Counted from the stretch's first letter, positions 21,858 to 31,662 are shown. The stretch: 64,000 nt of DNA from Candidatus Bathyarchaeota archaeon (GCA_963767735.1 CAVYES010000004.1:527342-591341); one strand, 5' to 3'. A program made the numbers and translations. Notes: a model not told the origin generated them from the letters alone.

Positions 21858-21960
21858 TTCGACTTTTTTTGACTTTTATCGACTTTTTTTGACTCAACCT
21901 GCAAACGATTTAAGCTTTGCTTCAAAAAACCAGCCTGAAACAAAAGAAACAAAAAATTAA
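21858..21960. repeat. Unit 1: about 4x TCGACTTTTT decamers plus a conserved ~60-bp block
   Basis: The block CAACCTGCAAACGATTtAAGCTTTGCTTCAAAAA recurs at 22170. Confidence 0.75.
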
Positions 21961-22113
21961 GCAAGAACTCCCCTCACTTCAGCTTGTAAAAGTGGTGTCA
22001 TCTGAAACGACACAAGTAATGTCTAACCTTTCTAGCTAACGGAAACTTGAACAATTCTTTTCTTCAAAAAGACACATAAGGACACAAAAATACATCCTGC
22101 TATATTCCTCTAC

Positions 22114-22232
22114 GCGATTATTTGCGATTAAACGCGATTATTCTCGATTATTTGCGATTATTCTAGATTCAACCTGCAAACGATTCAAGCTTTGCTTCAA
22201 AAAAGCAACCCAAAACAACCAGAACAAAAAAA
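22114..22232. repeat. Unit 2: about 5.5x GCGATTATTT decamers plus the same conserved block
   Basis: Read directly. Confidence 0.8.
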
Positions 22233-22442
22233 GGCTTTGGCAATTCAAGAACCTTATCATAATCTACTCAAAATGAACTAATAAAATTAAAGTGCCGTTG
22301 AAGCCTGGTGATTTACAGCACGTATATAAGCTGGCGCTTAAAATATTAAATTAGGCGCATCAAGAGTCGCAAAAGCTCTCTAAATTGCCCAGTTTTGATG
22401 TTTCACAAAAAATAGCCAACAATTCAGAGGTTATTTAACTTC

Positions 22443-24614
22443 ATGTATGCAGCAAATAATCAAGAAAACGAATCTCCTAAGCTTCCTCCACGAATTGGCA
22501 GATTATTCGAGCTTGCCAGTAACCTGTGGTGGAGCTGGCATGAGGAAGGAAGACAGCTTTTTCGCTCCTTAGATTACGCTTTTTGGCGAACCAGCGAACA
22601 TAATCCGGTCAAGCAGCTGTGCAGTATCAGTATGGATAAGCTGGAGGCAGCGGCAAGAGACCCGTCTTTTCTGGAACTCTACGACACAGTAATGTCAAAG
22701 TTTGACGAAGAAATGACAAGAGGCCACAACTGGTGCGGCAAAACAAACCCAAGCAAACCTGATGGGCAAGTCGCTTATTTCTCAGCCGAGTATGCACTCC
22801 ACGCTTCGCTACCTATTTACGCGGGAGGCTTAGGCGTTTTAGCAGGAGACATATGTAAAGAAAGCTCGGACCGCGGGCTACCCCTAGTCGCTGTCGGATT
22901 CATGTATCCTCAAGGCTACTTTCGCCAGCGCATATCTTCCGAAGGCGACCAACAAGAAGACTACCTGCAACTGAACTTTAACGATGCACCTATCTCCCCT
23001 TGCGCTTGGCCCTACAGGTGCGGACCTCTTATCCCGATTCAACTCGCTGACCGCCAACTGTATGTTAAGGTGTGGCAGGTGCATGTTGGCCGCGTTAGCT
23101 TGTACTTGATGGATACTAATGTTGATGAAAATAACCCTCAAGATAGGATGTTGTCAGCCCGCCTGTACACAGCCGACCAAGAAGAACGTCTACGTCAACT
23201 AATTGTTTTAGGCGTAGGCGGAGTGCGGACACTGCGCGAGCTTCATGTAGAACCGGTTGTGTGGCATGCTAACGAAGATCACACGGCTTTCATGATGCTT
23301 GAGCGTCTACGGTTAGAACGGGCGAACGGAGCCTCTTTGGAAGAAGCCATCGAAAACGTACGCAGATGCACCGTTTTCACCACTCACACGCCAGTTCCAG
23401 CCGGTCACCATGTCTTCAGCTTTCAATTAATGGACCGCTATTCACGTAACCTCTGGGAGCCCCTTGGAATTGACAGAGAAACTTTCCTGAAGCTGGGACA
23501 GTATGAAGGCTTTAGTCCAGAAAAATTCAACCTTACAGCCTTTGCGCTTCGTCTATCAGGACAAGCTAACGCCGTATCCAAACTGCACGGCAAAGTAACG
23601 CGGCGAATGTGGCAGGTCCTTTGGCCCGGCAAGACCGAAGATCAGGTACCGATTATATCAATAACAAACGGTGTCCATTTGCCAAGTTGGCAAGCGCCAG
23701 AAATCAGGGGGCTCTGTGAAAAGCACCTGGGTTCTGAATTGCTTCAAAAAGAAGACGACGAAGAATATTGGAAATGCGTAGATGATATACCAGATGAAGA
23801 ATTGTGGCAGGTGCGTCAAACATTAAAAACCCGATTGATACATACAATTCAAGACAGAGCGCAACAGCGTTGGATGCAAGGGGCAGCAACCACTCAGCAA
23901 GTGATCGCTATGGGTTCACTACTGGATCCCTACGCTTTAACCATTGCTTTTGCTCGCCGATTCACCGAATACAAACGACCACAACTAGTTCTATCTGACA
24001 TCGAACGGCTAAAACGCATAATAACAAATCCAGAGAAGCCTGTGCAAATAATTTTTGCAGGCAAATCCCATCCAGCTGACTACCAATCAAAACAGCTTCT
24101 CAAACAGGTATACCACGCAGTTTTGGACAGAGGATTCCAAGGGCGCCTTGCTTTTGTTGAAGACTACGACCTTGATGTGGCACGAGAACTTGTCCGAGGC
24201 GTCGATGTTTGGCTCAACATGCCACGACGGCTGCAGGAAGCATGCGGAACCAGCGGAATGAAAGCTTCGATGAATGGTGTACTCAACTTCAGCGTTCGCG
24301 ACGGATGGTGGGATGAAGCCTACAACGGCAAAAACGGGTGGGCAATCGGCGATTCCGTGGGAAGCAGCCCAGAGGAAGAAGACAAAAGAGACACCGAATC
24401 ACTCTATAACCAACTAGAAAACGGAATCGCACCTATCTACTACAACCTAGACCGCAAGGGTGTACCGCACCAATGGATAAAATTCGTCAAAGAAGCAATA
24501 AAAACCGTCACGCCTGCTTTTAGCGCTTGCCGAATGATGAAAGAGTACACCCAACAGATGTATTTGCCTGCTGCCGGACAGCAAGAACCAAAAAGTAATC
24601 CGGTTGAGGGATAA
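22443..24614 (+). CDS. glgP: Alpha-glucan phosphorylase
   Basis: NLWWSW, YAGGLG, FTTHTP, ARRFTEYKR, EACGTSGMK PLP site. Confidence 0.95.
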   Translation: MYAANNQENESPKLPPRIGRLFELASNLWWSWHEEGRQLFRSLDYAFWRTSEHNPVKQLCSISMDKLEAAARDPSFLELYDTVMSKFDEEMTRGHNWCGKTNPSKPDGQVAYFSAEYALHASLPIYAGGLGVLAGDICKESSDRGLPLVAVGFMYPQGYFRQRISSEGDQQEDYLQLNFNDAPISPCAWPYRCGPLIPIQLADRQLYVKVWQVHVGRVSLYLMDTNVDENNPQDRMLSARLYTADQEERLRQLIVLGVGGVRTLRELHVEPVVWHANEDHTAFMMLERLRLERANGASLEEAIENVRRCTVFTTHTPVPAGHHVFSFQLMDRYSRNLWEPLGIDRETFLKLGQYEGFSPEKFNLTAFALRLSGQANAVSKLHGKVTRRMWQVLWPGKTEDQVPIISITNGVHLPSWQAPEIRGLCEKHLGSELLQKEDDEEYWKCVDDIPDEELWQVRQTLKTRLIHTIQDRAQQRWMQGAATTQQVIAMGSLLDPYALTIAFARRFTEYKRPQLVLSDIERLKRIITNPEKPVQIIFAGKSHPADYQSKQLLKQVYHAVLDRGFQGRLAFVEDYDLDVARELVRGVDVWLNMPRRLQEACGTSGMKASMNGVLNFSVRDGWWDEAYNGKNGWAIGDSVGSSPEEEDKRDTESLYNQLENGIAPIYYNLDRKGVPHQWIKFVKEAIKTVTPAFSACRMMKEYTQQMYLPAAGQQEPKSNPVEG

Positions 24615-24618
24615 AAAG

Positions 24619-25818
24619 ATGGAAAAACAAAATAATTTTGCAGAAAAGTTTTTTGAAAGTGCAGACGCCTTTATGATTGCCATCGGCAGCGACGAAGTCG
24701 TAACCGACGTGAACAAAAAGGCATGCGAAATTCTTGGATATTCAAGAGCCGAGATTAAGGGTAAAAACTGGTTTGACAGCTTTGTTTCAAAAGCAAAAAG
24801 GGAAGATGCTAGACGGTTTTTCCACGATATGCTACAGGGTTCTCTTAGTCATGTACATTCTGACTATATAGTTATTACTAAACGAGGCGAAGAGCGGATA
24901 TTTAGCTTTCATAACATAATCGTCAGCGACGAAAAAGGTAACACTATTGGAATGCTCAGCTCAGGAGACGACGTTACCGCGCTTAGGCGGAAAGAAACAG
25001 CTTTAAAAGAGGTGGAGACCCGTTTGCAGATTTCGTTGGATTCCATGTTTGAGGGATGCCAAATTATCGATCATGATTGGCGCTATGCGTACGTGAATGA
25101 GGCAGCAGCGAAGCAAGGAAGAAAAACCAAAACGGAATTGTTAGGTTACACGATGATGCAGGCTTATCCGGGCATTGACAGAACAGAAGTGTTTAGCCAT
25201 CTTCGGAACTGCATGACAAATCGTGTTCCTCACCAAATGGATAATGAATTCACTTTTCCAGATGGATCCAAAGGCTGGTTTGAGCTTCACATCGAACCTG
25301 TCCCCGAAGGGGTCTTAATTTTATCAATGGATATCACCAAGAACAAGGAGACAGAAGAGGAACTGAACAGATATCGCTACAGACTTGAAGAGGTAGTTGC
25401 ACACCGCACTGCGGAATGCTCAAAGGCAAACGAGGAACTTACCCGAGAAATTGAAGAACACCAAAAGATGGAAGAAGGGCTTAAACTAAGAGCCATAATC
25501 TTAGACAACGCAAGAGAAGCCATATTTCTCATGAATACTAAAGGCGACTTTGCATATGCAAATCAGGCAGCATCAAAAACATACGGCTACAGCCTTGACG
25601 AATTCCTCAATATGAATATTCGTTCACTTTTGCAGCCTAAAGATGTACCCACAATCGAATCGCTTCTAAAAGATATTATAGAAAAAACACTGGTTAGCCA
25701 CGAAATGGTTCATGTACGAAAAGACAAATCTCCAATTCCAGTAAAAGTTAACCATAGCTTGGTAAAAACGCTTCACGGGCAATTTATCGTCGTTGTTATC
25801 CGCGAAATCACCGCTTAA
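24619..25818 (+). CDS. PAS-only sensor protein (3 PAS plus coiled coil, no output domain)
   Basis: Three PAS signatures; ends VIREITA* with no H-box. Confidence 0.85.
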   Translation: MEKQNNFAEKFFESADAFMIAIGSDEVVTDVNKKACEILGYSRAEIKGKNWFDSFVSKAKREDARRFFHDMLQGSLSHVHSDYIVITKRGEERIFSFHNIIVSDEKGNTIGMLSSGDDVTALRRKETALKEVETRLQISLDSMFEGCQIIDHDWRYAYVNEAAAKQGRKTKTELLGYTMMQAYPGIDRTEVFSHLRNCMTNRVPHQMDNEFTFPDGSKGWFELHIEPVPEGVLILSMDITKNKETEEELNRYRYRLEEVVAHRTAECSKANEELTREIEEHQKMEEGLKLRAIILDNAREAIFLMNTKGDFAYANQAASKTYGYSLDEFLNMNIRSLLQPKDVPTIESLLKDIIEKTLVSHEMVHVRKDKSPIPVKVNHSLVKTLHGQFIVVVIREITA

Positions 25819-25838
25819 CCGCGCAACACCAAAAATCG

Positions 25839-27296
25839 CTAATATTTTATAATTAGTGTTGTGCCATTTTCATTTGTCAATGTATAGATGACAGCTATTT
25901 CGTTGGATATGCCGTTTCCAGGATTGGCGAATGATGTTTGGGGCTCGAAGTGTTCGGTTTGGTTTTGATTAAAGTTAGGCATCTCGTTTCGCAATGCTTG
26001 ATTGGGCGGTGCAATATTTTGCAGGTTTGGGTTTTGGAAACTGTAAATTTGACCGAGCATCGGGTTAAACGTTAGGTTGGAGCTGATTACGATCATGTGG
26101 GTGCCCGATAAGTCTGTGCTGAAGCCTTTCACATACGCTGCCTCAGTTAATACGGTTTTAGAAGTGACGTATCCAGATTGAATGTTAACTAAGGCACAAG
26201 TGGTAGCAACACCAGCCACAATTATTACGCATGTTAGAAGAATTGCAGCTATTAGCTTGCTGGATTTGGGTCTCTTTGGTTTTATGGATGTTAGCTGGTT
26301 TATGTTTTTTAGCCGCAGGTTTATTTTTGGGTGACCAGACAGGATTTGGGGTCTATGAATGATTGGTGAGGTTACTAAAAGGTTTGAGGTAACTCGAATT
26401 AACCTGCCTTCACCCGGCAAGCTTTGCAGAGCCTTGGTGATTTTTGTTAATGCATTTGCTAAGCTTTCCGGTTTTTCCAGAAGTTTTGCTCCGTTTTCAT
26501 CTGCCAGCATTTCTCTTTCTCTTTGACTGTTGAAAAAAGCAAAGTATGCCAGAGGGTTGAAGAATGAGATAGCCGTCAAAGAGTTTGATAGAGCCTTGAA
26601 TAAGAAATCGTGGTTTTTGATGTGGGCAAGTTCATGAGACGCAACAGCCAATATTTCCTCTTTATCCAAAATGTTCAGTAGCCCTATGGTGAAGACAAGC
26701 TTCGTTTTGCCTCCATTTCCCATGGTGAAAGCGTTGGGGCGCAAGTCTTCAATGAGCGCCACTTGCGGAGTTGAAATGGATAGTTTCCTGGAGATGGTAG
26801 CTATTTCTGTTTGAAGCCACCCATACTCGTTTGAGTCAAGGTTGATTACGTGTAGGAGTCTAGACGCTATCCAATCACCCATCACTATAGTTGTGACAGC
26901 GTAAATTCCTCCTATCGCTAAGCCGGTTAAGCAGAGGATTCCTGTCATTGAAAAAATCTGATTTGTTGAAAGCGCCACAAGCGTGATTGTCTGCGATAAA
27001 GGCGGCTGCATCAGGTGGAAGGGGCCAAAAAGTGCGGGTGCCTGAGGAGCGGGAATGCTGAACGACCCGATTAAACGGGAAGAGACCGCCTGTATCGCAG
27101 TTTTGGGCGGAAATGAAAGCATAACAAAGAGTGGAGCAACAATTGGAATTAGGTAAATCAGGCTTTTGGCTCTACTGCCCATAAAAGGGCAACATTTCAC
27201 CACGATTTTTATGCAAACAAACGATACGGCCAAAGCTATAACTGAATAGTAAAAATACGGTTGAAAAACCTGAACCAGAACGTCTTCAAAGTTCAC
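25839..27296 (-). CDS. BlaR1-like M48/M56 membrane zinc metalloprotease
   Basis: PNAFT, HELAH, E..AD, HP motifs; TM helices; extracellular C-terminal tail. Confidence 0.88.
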   Translation of the reverse strand: MNFEDVLVQVFQPYFYYSVIALAVSFVCIKIVVKCCPFMGSRAKSLIYLIPIVAPLFVMLSFPPKTAIQAVSSRLIGSFSIPAPQAPALFGPFHLMQPPLSQTITLVALSTNQIFSMTGILCLTGLAIGGIYAVTTIVMGDWIASRLLHVINLDSNEYGWLQTEIATISRKLSISTPQVALIEDLRPNAFTMGNGGKTKLVFTIGLLNILDKEEILAVASHELAHIKNHDFLFKALSNSLTAISFFNPLAYFAFFNSQREREMLADENGAKLLEKPESLANALTKITKALQSLPGEGRLIRVTSNLLVTSPIIHRPQILSGHPKINLRLKNINQLTSIKPKRPKSSKLIAAILLTCVIIVAGVATTCALVNIQSGYVTSKTVLTEAAYVKGFSTDLSGTHMIVISSNLTFNPMLGQIYSFQNPNLQNIAPPNQALRNEMPNFNQNQTEHFEPQTSFANPGNGISNEIAVIYTLTNENGTTLIIKY

Positions 27297-27329
27297 TTCA
27301 ACCCCCCCTTCAAAGTAGCCATATTAATT

Positions 27330-27779
27330 TTAATTTTTATTCCGTTTAATTTTGCTGAGTTGTTCTCGGAGCGCTTTGCGTTCTCCTTCTTCCATGTTGG
27401 TTTCTTCGATTAAGCAGCTGGTAACGGCTTCACCGAAATTTCCAATCAAGCTTGCGAGAACCTCGCGGACAGCTGATTTTTGAAAATTCTGTTTTCCAAG
27501 CTTAGGCCAGTAGACATAGTAGAGTCCGCCTCTTCCTTTTTCGATTTTCCTGTCCAGTAAGCTTTTCTCGAAGAGTCTGTCCATGGTGGACATAACGGTT
27601 GTGTAAGCTATTTTCTTGGTCTTGTTTAGTGCAGAGTAGATTTCTCTGACTGTTATGGGTGTTTTTTTTGAACCCCATATTGCCTCCATAATGTTGGATT
27701 CCAGTGGACCCAGAAAGGCTTCTAATGCTTTGCCGTCTAAGTTGTATTGTGAGAATTCTGGTTTTTTCTCTTCAGTCAT
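27330..27779 (-). CDS. BlaI/MecI/CopY family repressor
   Basis: LGPLE..IME.IW..TVREI...AYTTVMSTM.RL..K. Confidence 0.92.
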   Translation of the reverse strand: MTEEKKPEFSQYNLDGKALEAFLGPLESNIMEAIWGSKKTPITVREIYSALNKTKKIAYTTVMSTMDRLFEKSLLDRKIEKGRGGLYYVYWPKLGKQNFQKSAVREVLASLIGNFGEAVTSCLIEETNMEEGERKALREQLSKIKRNKN

Positions 27780-27794
27780 GGCTTCCGACCACAT

Positions 27795-27812
27795 TACTAT
27801 CCTCTATAGTAG
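27795..27812. promoter_or_regulatory. Operator TACTA-N7-TAGTA (blaI promoter)
   Basis: Palindrome between TATA and the start; 4 copies in the locus. Confidence 0.75.
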
Positions 27813-27894
27813 CTCTTTAAGCTTTCGAAAACAAAACACGCCGCTTTCTCCAACTTGATTCACCAAAAAAAGAAAGCGGGGGAGCTTGCCATTC

Positions 27895-29124
27895 CTATGC
27901 AGATGTTCCTGTGCCTGAAGGGGCAGGTCGTGCGCCAAGTACAACGGATATGTTCACGGTTTGATTGTTTCTTACAATTGTTAAGCTAACGGTTTGTCCA
28001 GGCAACGTGTATTCTTCCAGGTATGAGGATAGGTCGTCTCCGTTTCTGACTCTTGACCCATTAATTGCTGTTATGATGTCGCCGCCTATGGTTATGGTGT
28101 TTCCGTCTATAGTAGCTTGAGTGGTGCCTGCTTTGAGACCTGCGTTGTCTGCGGGTCCACCCGTTGTAACTTGCTGAATTAAGACGCCGTAATTGACGCT
28201 TACTCCCATCTGGTTAGCGATGTCATAAGTCATGTCTATCGTGCTTATCCCCAAGTACGGGTGCTCAGTGTATGTACCAGTCGAAGCTAAGTCTTGAACT
28301 TCTCTAAGTATCGTGTTTGAGGGTATGGCGAAGCCTAAGCCCACGGAGTTATCGACTATGGCTGTTGTTATACCTACGACTTGACCTTGGTCGTTGAGTA
28401 AGGGTCCGCCTGAGTTGCCTGGGTTAATAGCGGCGCTTGTTTGGATGATGTCAGCTATGTCGTACCCGTTTGTGGTGTCTTCAGTGATTGTTCTTCCCAA
28501 GGCGCTGACTATGCCTGTGGTCATTGACCCTGATAACCCGTAGGGGCTGCCGATTGCTATGACCGAGTCGCCGACCTGTAGGCTTGATGAGTTAGTGATT
28601 GTTAGTGGGACTAGTTCGCTTTGTGGTGCGTCTGTTGAAAGTACCGCTAAGTCTGAGTAGGGATCTGAGCCTAGCACTTTAGCTGTGTATGTGTTTCCAT
28701 CTTGGAACGTAACCGTGATGTTTACGCCGCTATCTACTACATGGTAATTTGTAACTATGATGTCTTGGCTGTTGAGGTCATAGGTGAAACCTGAACCTTG
28801 GACTTGTGAGTATTCAGTTTGGCCGAATATGCTGGTTTCTGGTTGGAAGTCTTCGACGACTACTACTGATGGCGCCACTTGCCGGTATATCTGTGAAAGT
28901 GACGCATTATCGGGCAATGTAGCGTCAGTTTGAGCGGTAGAAACGGCTGAATCGGTTGAGGCAGCTGAGGTGGTTGGGGTTTGGTTTAATGAATTGTTGT
29001 TAGTGGCGGCTGGGTGACCTATGTAATATCCTGCTGCTCCTGCTGTTATGCTGGCTACGATGAGTATTGTGGCTATGAAAATGGCAAGTTTGGTTTTTTT
29101 GGGTTTTGGAGTTGGGTTTTCCGT
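27895..29124 (-). CDS. htrA: Membrane-anchored HtrA/DegP serine protease with PDZ domain; probable ACG start at 29124
   Basis: TNYHVV, DLAVL, GNSGG; frame is open upstream of the tracked ORF through a TM helix. Confidence 0.88.
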   Translation of the reverse strand, partial: TENPTPKPKKTKLAIFIATILIVASITAGAAGYYIGHPAATNNNSLNQTPTTSAASTDSAVSTAQTDATLPDNASLSQIYRQVAPSVVVVEDFQPETSIFGQTEYSQVQGSGFTYDLNSQDIIVTNYHVVDSGVNITVTFQDGNTYTAKVLGSDPYSDLAVLSTDAPQSELVPLTITNSSSLQVGDSVIAIGSPYGLSGSMTTGIVSALGRTITEDTTNGYDIADIIQTSAAINPGNSGGPLLNDQGQVVGITTAIVDNSVGLGFAIPSNTILREVQDLASTGTYTEHPYLGISTIDMTYDIANQMGVSVNYGVLIQQVTTGGPADNAGLKAGTTQATIDGNTITIGGDIITAINGSRVRNGDDLSSYLEEYTLPGQTVSLTIVRNNQTVNISVVLGARPAPSGTGTSA

Positions 29125-29152
29125 TTGTTTTGTCTCCTTGTAAAGCTTTGTT

Positions 29153-29171
29153 CTACTATCTTTGGTAGTAG
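29153..29171. promoter_or_regulatory. Operator CTACTA-N7-TAGTAG (htrA promoter)
   Basis: Palindrome just downstream of the minus-strand TATA. Confidence 0.75.
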
Positions 29172-29189
29172 CTTTGTGAATATAAATGT

Positions 29190-29207
29190 TACTATTGTGA
29201 CTAGTAG
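29190..29207. promoter_or_regulatory. Operator TACTA-N7-TAGTAG (upstream of the htrA TATA)
   Basis: Palindrome. Confidence 0.7.
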
Positions 29208-29294
29208 CCGCCTTTTAATGCTTTTTTGACTAGTTCATTATTGCCCGCGGGCAAACAAGCTCTAACCAAGATCGGCGATTCTGTTTTTGATAGC

Positions 29295-29317
29295 AGCTAC
29301 TACCTTAAATAGTAGCT
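29295..29317. promoter_or_regulatory. Operator AGCTACTA-N7-TAGTAGCT enclosing the CTTAAA TATA of the ArsR gene
   Basis: Perfect 8-bp arms. Confidence 0.78.
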
Positions 29318-29358
29318 ATGTAATAGATAAACAAGGAAACTCACAGGAGCACCTATAC

Positions 29359-29733
29359 ATGATAAACAACAATCAATCAGTAAGACAATTAATAGGCTGG
29401 CTAATCGCGGGAACAAAAGGCGGCAAAACCCGCGCCAAAATAATCAAAATACTAAAAAATTCCCCACAAAACTCAAACCAACTAGCCACGCTCCTCAAAG
29501 TAAACTACAAAACAATTAGACATCACATCGCGATTCTGGAGAAAAACAAATTAATCATCTCCGCTGGAACCCACTACTCCACCGCGTATTTTCTCTCGGA
29601 ACTAATGGAAGAAAACTACGCGCTATTCGAAGAAATAACAAGCAAGACCAAAGATACGAAAATAAGGTCAATTCGAGTAATAAATAAAATAATCCTTAAA
29701 CCTTGCCTTCAACCTTCTCCTAATTTGTCGTAA
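29359..29733 (+). CDS. ArsR-family wHTH regulator (paralog of 37553..37855)
   Basis: WLIAGTKGG.TR..II...P.N.NQLA...YKTIRHH. Confidence 0.88.
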   Translation: MINNNQSVRQLIGWLIAGTKGGKTRAKIIKILKNSPQNSNQLATLLKVNYKTIRHHIAILEKNKLIISAGTHYSTAYFLSELMEENYALFEEITSKTKDTKIRSIRVINKIILKPCLQPSPNLS

Positions 29734-29792
29734 TCTTTAATAATGAAACGGTTCCAACCTAAACCGAAGGGAAGAAAACGCCGAACGTTGAA

Positions 29793-29930
29793 ATGCGCTG
29801 TCCTAAATGCGGTTCTCCAGAGGTAGAAAAAACCAAAAATCAAGAGTGCCACTGTAGCAGATGTGGCGCAATATTTTATTTTGTTACCCCAAAATGCGGT
29901 TCTTCCGATTTTGAAAGATACAAACTTTAG
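29793..29930 (+). CDS. 45-aa zinc-ribbon protein
   Basis: MRCPKCGS...CSRCG; missing from the ORF track. Confidence 0.7.
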   Translation: MRCPKCGSPEVEKTKNQECHCSRCGAIFYFVTPKCGSSDFERYKL

Positions 29931-30016
29931 CTTTTAGCTTTGCAGAATTTGTGAATTGGGAAAACTTAAATACGATTTCATATTAGTGGGAAATGAAAGA
30001 AACACTGAAAACATAA

Positions 30017-30547
30017 TTGTTGGTAGGCCAGATGTTTGGAAATCGTGAAGGAATGCATCGACGGTTACAGGGGTTAATTGAGAAGTTCCGCCAAAAAGGA
30101 GCCACAAGTCCGGAAAAAGCCATGACTATTCAGGAGTTGGGGTTGCCGCCGCGTTTTGAAGAAGCTATGCATCGGAGACTTGGTCAATCGGGCATTTTTG
30201 TTGAAACAAACGGCAAGTACTACCTCAATGAAGAACGGCTTAAACAGATCCAAGACCAACGTACCAAAATGGGGCCTGGCGGTGGAGGAGGCGGTGGCTG
30301 GAATAGCGGGGGATCATCAAGCTGGTACCGTTTTGCCGGGCTTTTTCTTATGCTGCCGATTGGCATAATCATTGCGCTTGTGCTCTTTTACTTTGTAGCC
30401 TTCAGAGGAGGAGGATATTTTCCAGGTGAATTCCTTGTTATTTTGCTGGTTATCGTCTTAGTGTTGTTTGTGGTCCGAATGCTTTTCTGGAGGTCAAGAA
30501 GGCGGTATTGGCGTGAACAGTGGCAAAAAAACCAGCAGTTAGGATAA
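30017..30547 (+). CDS. Membrane protein with a wHTH-like N-terminus, Gly linker and 2 TM helices
   Basis: GATSPEKA...ELGL...GKYYL; poly-Gly; TM helices. Confidence 0.8.
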   Translation: MLVGQMFGNREGMHRRLQGLIEKFRQKGATSPEKAMTIQELGLPPRFEEAMHRRLGQSGIFVETNGKYYLNEERLKQIQDQRTKMGPGGGGGGGWNSGGSSSWYRFAGLFLMLPIGIIIALVLFYFVAFRGGGYFPGEFLVILLVIVLVLFVVRMLFWRSRRRYWREQWQKNQQLG

Positions 30548-30850
30548 CCTCATGGTCAGATCCGCTATTGGAGTTTCCTCTTTTCTCGAATTGCTGCTTT
30601 GTGCCTATTTGTATTTGAAAAAAGGTTTTTAGAATTTTATAGGGATCATTTTTCTATACCTTTTTTCCAGAGAAGCCCAAAAAACTTCAGGTTATCATGG
30701 TGGTGGACTACCGTATTCGGACTGGTGAGCTTCTGCTATTCACTTCACTCCGATTCGTTTTGCTCCAAGAGTCTAGCAGCATTGACTTGTTTTCTTTGAA
30801 TAGACGCTTGTCGTTTTCAACTTTTCTTTTTTAGCTCTTGGGATTAACAG

Positions 30851-31030
30851 TTATTGAAGTTTGAGAACCAGAAATGAGTTATCTCCCGAATCAATGGCCT
30901 TAATCGATTGCGTTCCAGCAGTGTTCAATGTGACATCAAATTTGTGCAAACTCTTATCGGTTGCTTGAAATTTGTATTTTTTAACTGGAATCGTGGCACT
31001 TTGATCGCTTGAAGTTACCTCAACTGTAAA
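30851..31030 (-). pseudogene. Fragment of an Ig-like surface protein repeat
   Basis: TSSD..A..P..Y.F..TD...H.F.VTL.TAGTQSI.A.D. Confidence 0.55.
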
Positions 31031-31172
31031 GGGGTCCCCCCAAAATTGGTCAGAATTGACCAATGGAGAATTGAAAATTAAGACTAAAAAAGACTAAAAC
31101 TGAACCCATTTTCAAAAGGGTATCCCCCCTAAATTCCTCAGAATTGAGGAATGGAGAGGTGTAAATTAAGAT
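31028..31172. repeat. Two ~57-bp units (period 88) with co-varying palindromes
   Basis: ATTGGTCA-GAAT-TGACCAAT and ATTCCTCA-GAAT-TGAGGAAT in conserved flanks. Confidence 0.8.
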
Positions 31173-31390
31173 TTGAAGCAAAAGCAAAATCAATCAAACA
31201 ATAAGGCATGGTTGAAAAGCAGAAACAAAAAAAACTTTGGCGCAATATCTCCAAATAAATGGATAATCAATGCTTGAAGAAAACAGAGACACGGAAAATT
31301 CAATTGAACAAAACTCAACACGTTAATTTTTAGTAATTTCGTTATTTGACGATAAATCCTCTGGTGCTAGTGCTCAGACCGAATTGAGAG

Positions 31391-31465
31391 TGGGCCGGAC
31401 CGGATTCGGACCGGCGACCTTCTGCACGTCAAGCAGATGTCCTAACCAGGCTAGACGACCGGCCC
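31391..31465 (-). tRNA. tRNA-Val(GAC), intronless, CCA not encoded
   Basis: GGGCCGG/CCGGCCC acceptor stem; TCTGC-TTGACGT-GCAGA anticodon arm; T arm. Confidence 0.95.
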
Positions 31466-31662
31466 ACGGGTCTTATGTTTTTTACAGTGTTTTCTTATTC
31501 AGGCGCTTCGTCTTTTCGGCTATATTGCATATTCAAAATTCCCGCTTGTATTAATCTATTTCTTAAGTTGAGCGGGATCGAACTATATAGCCTAACAGTC
31601 ATTTACGACGACAGCAGTTTTAAGGGGCTTTACATGTATATGCCTTATAAACGGGATGCACC

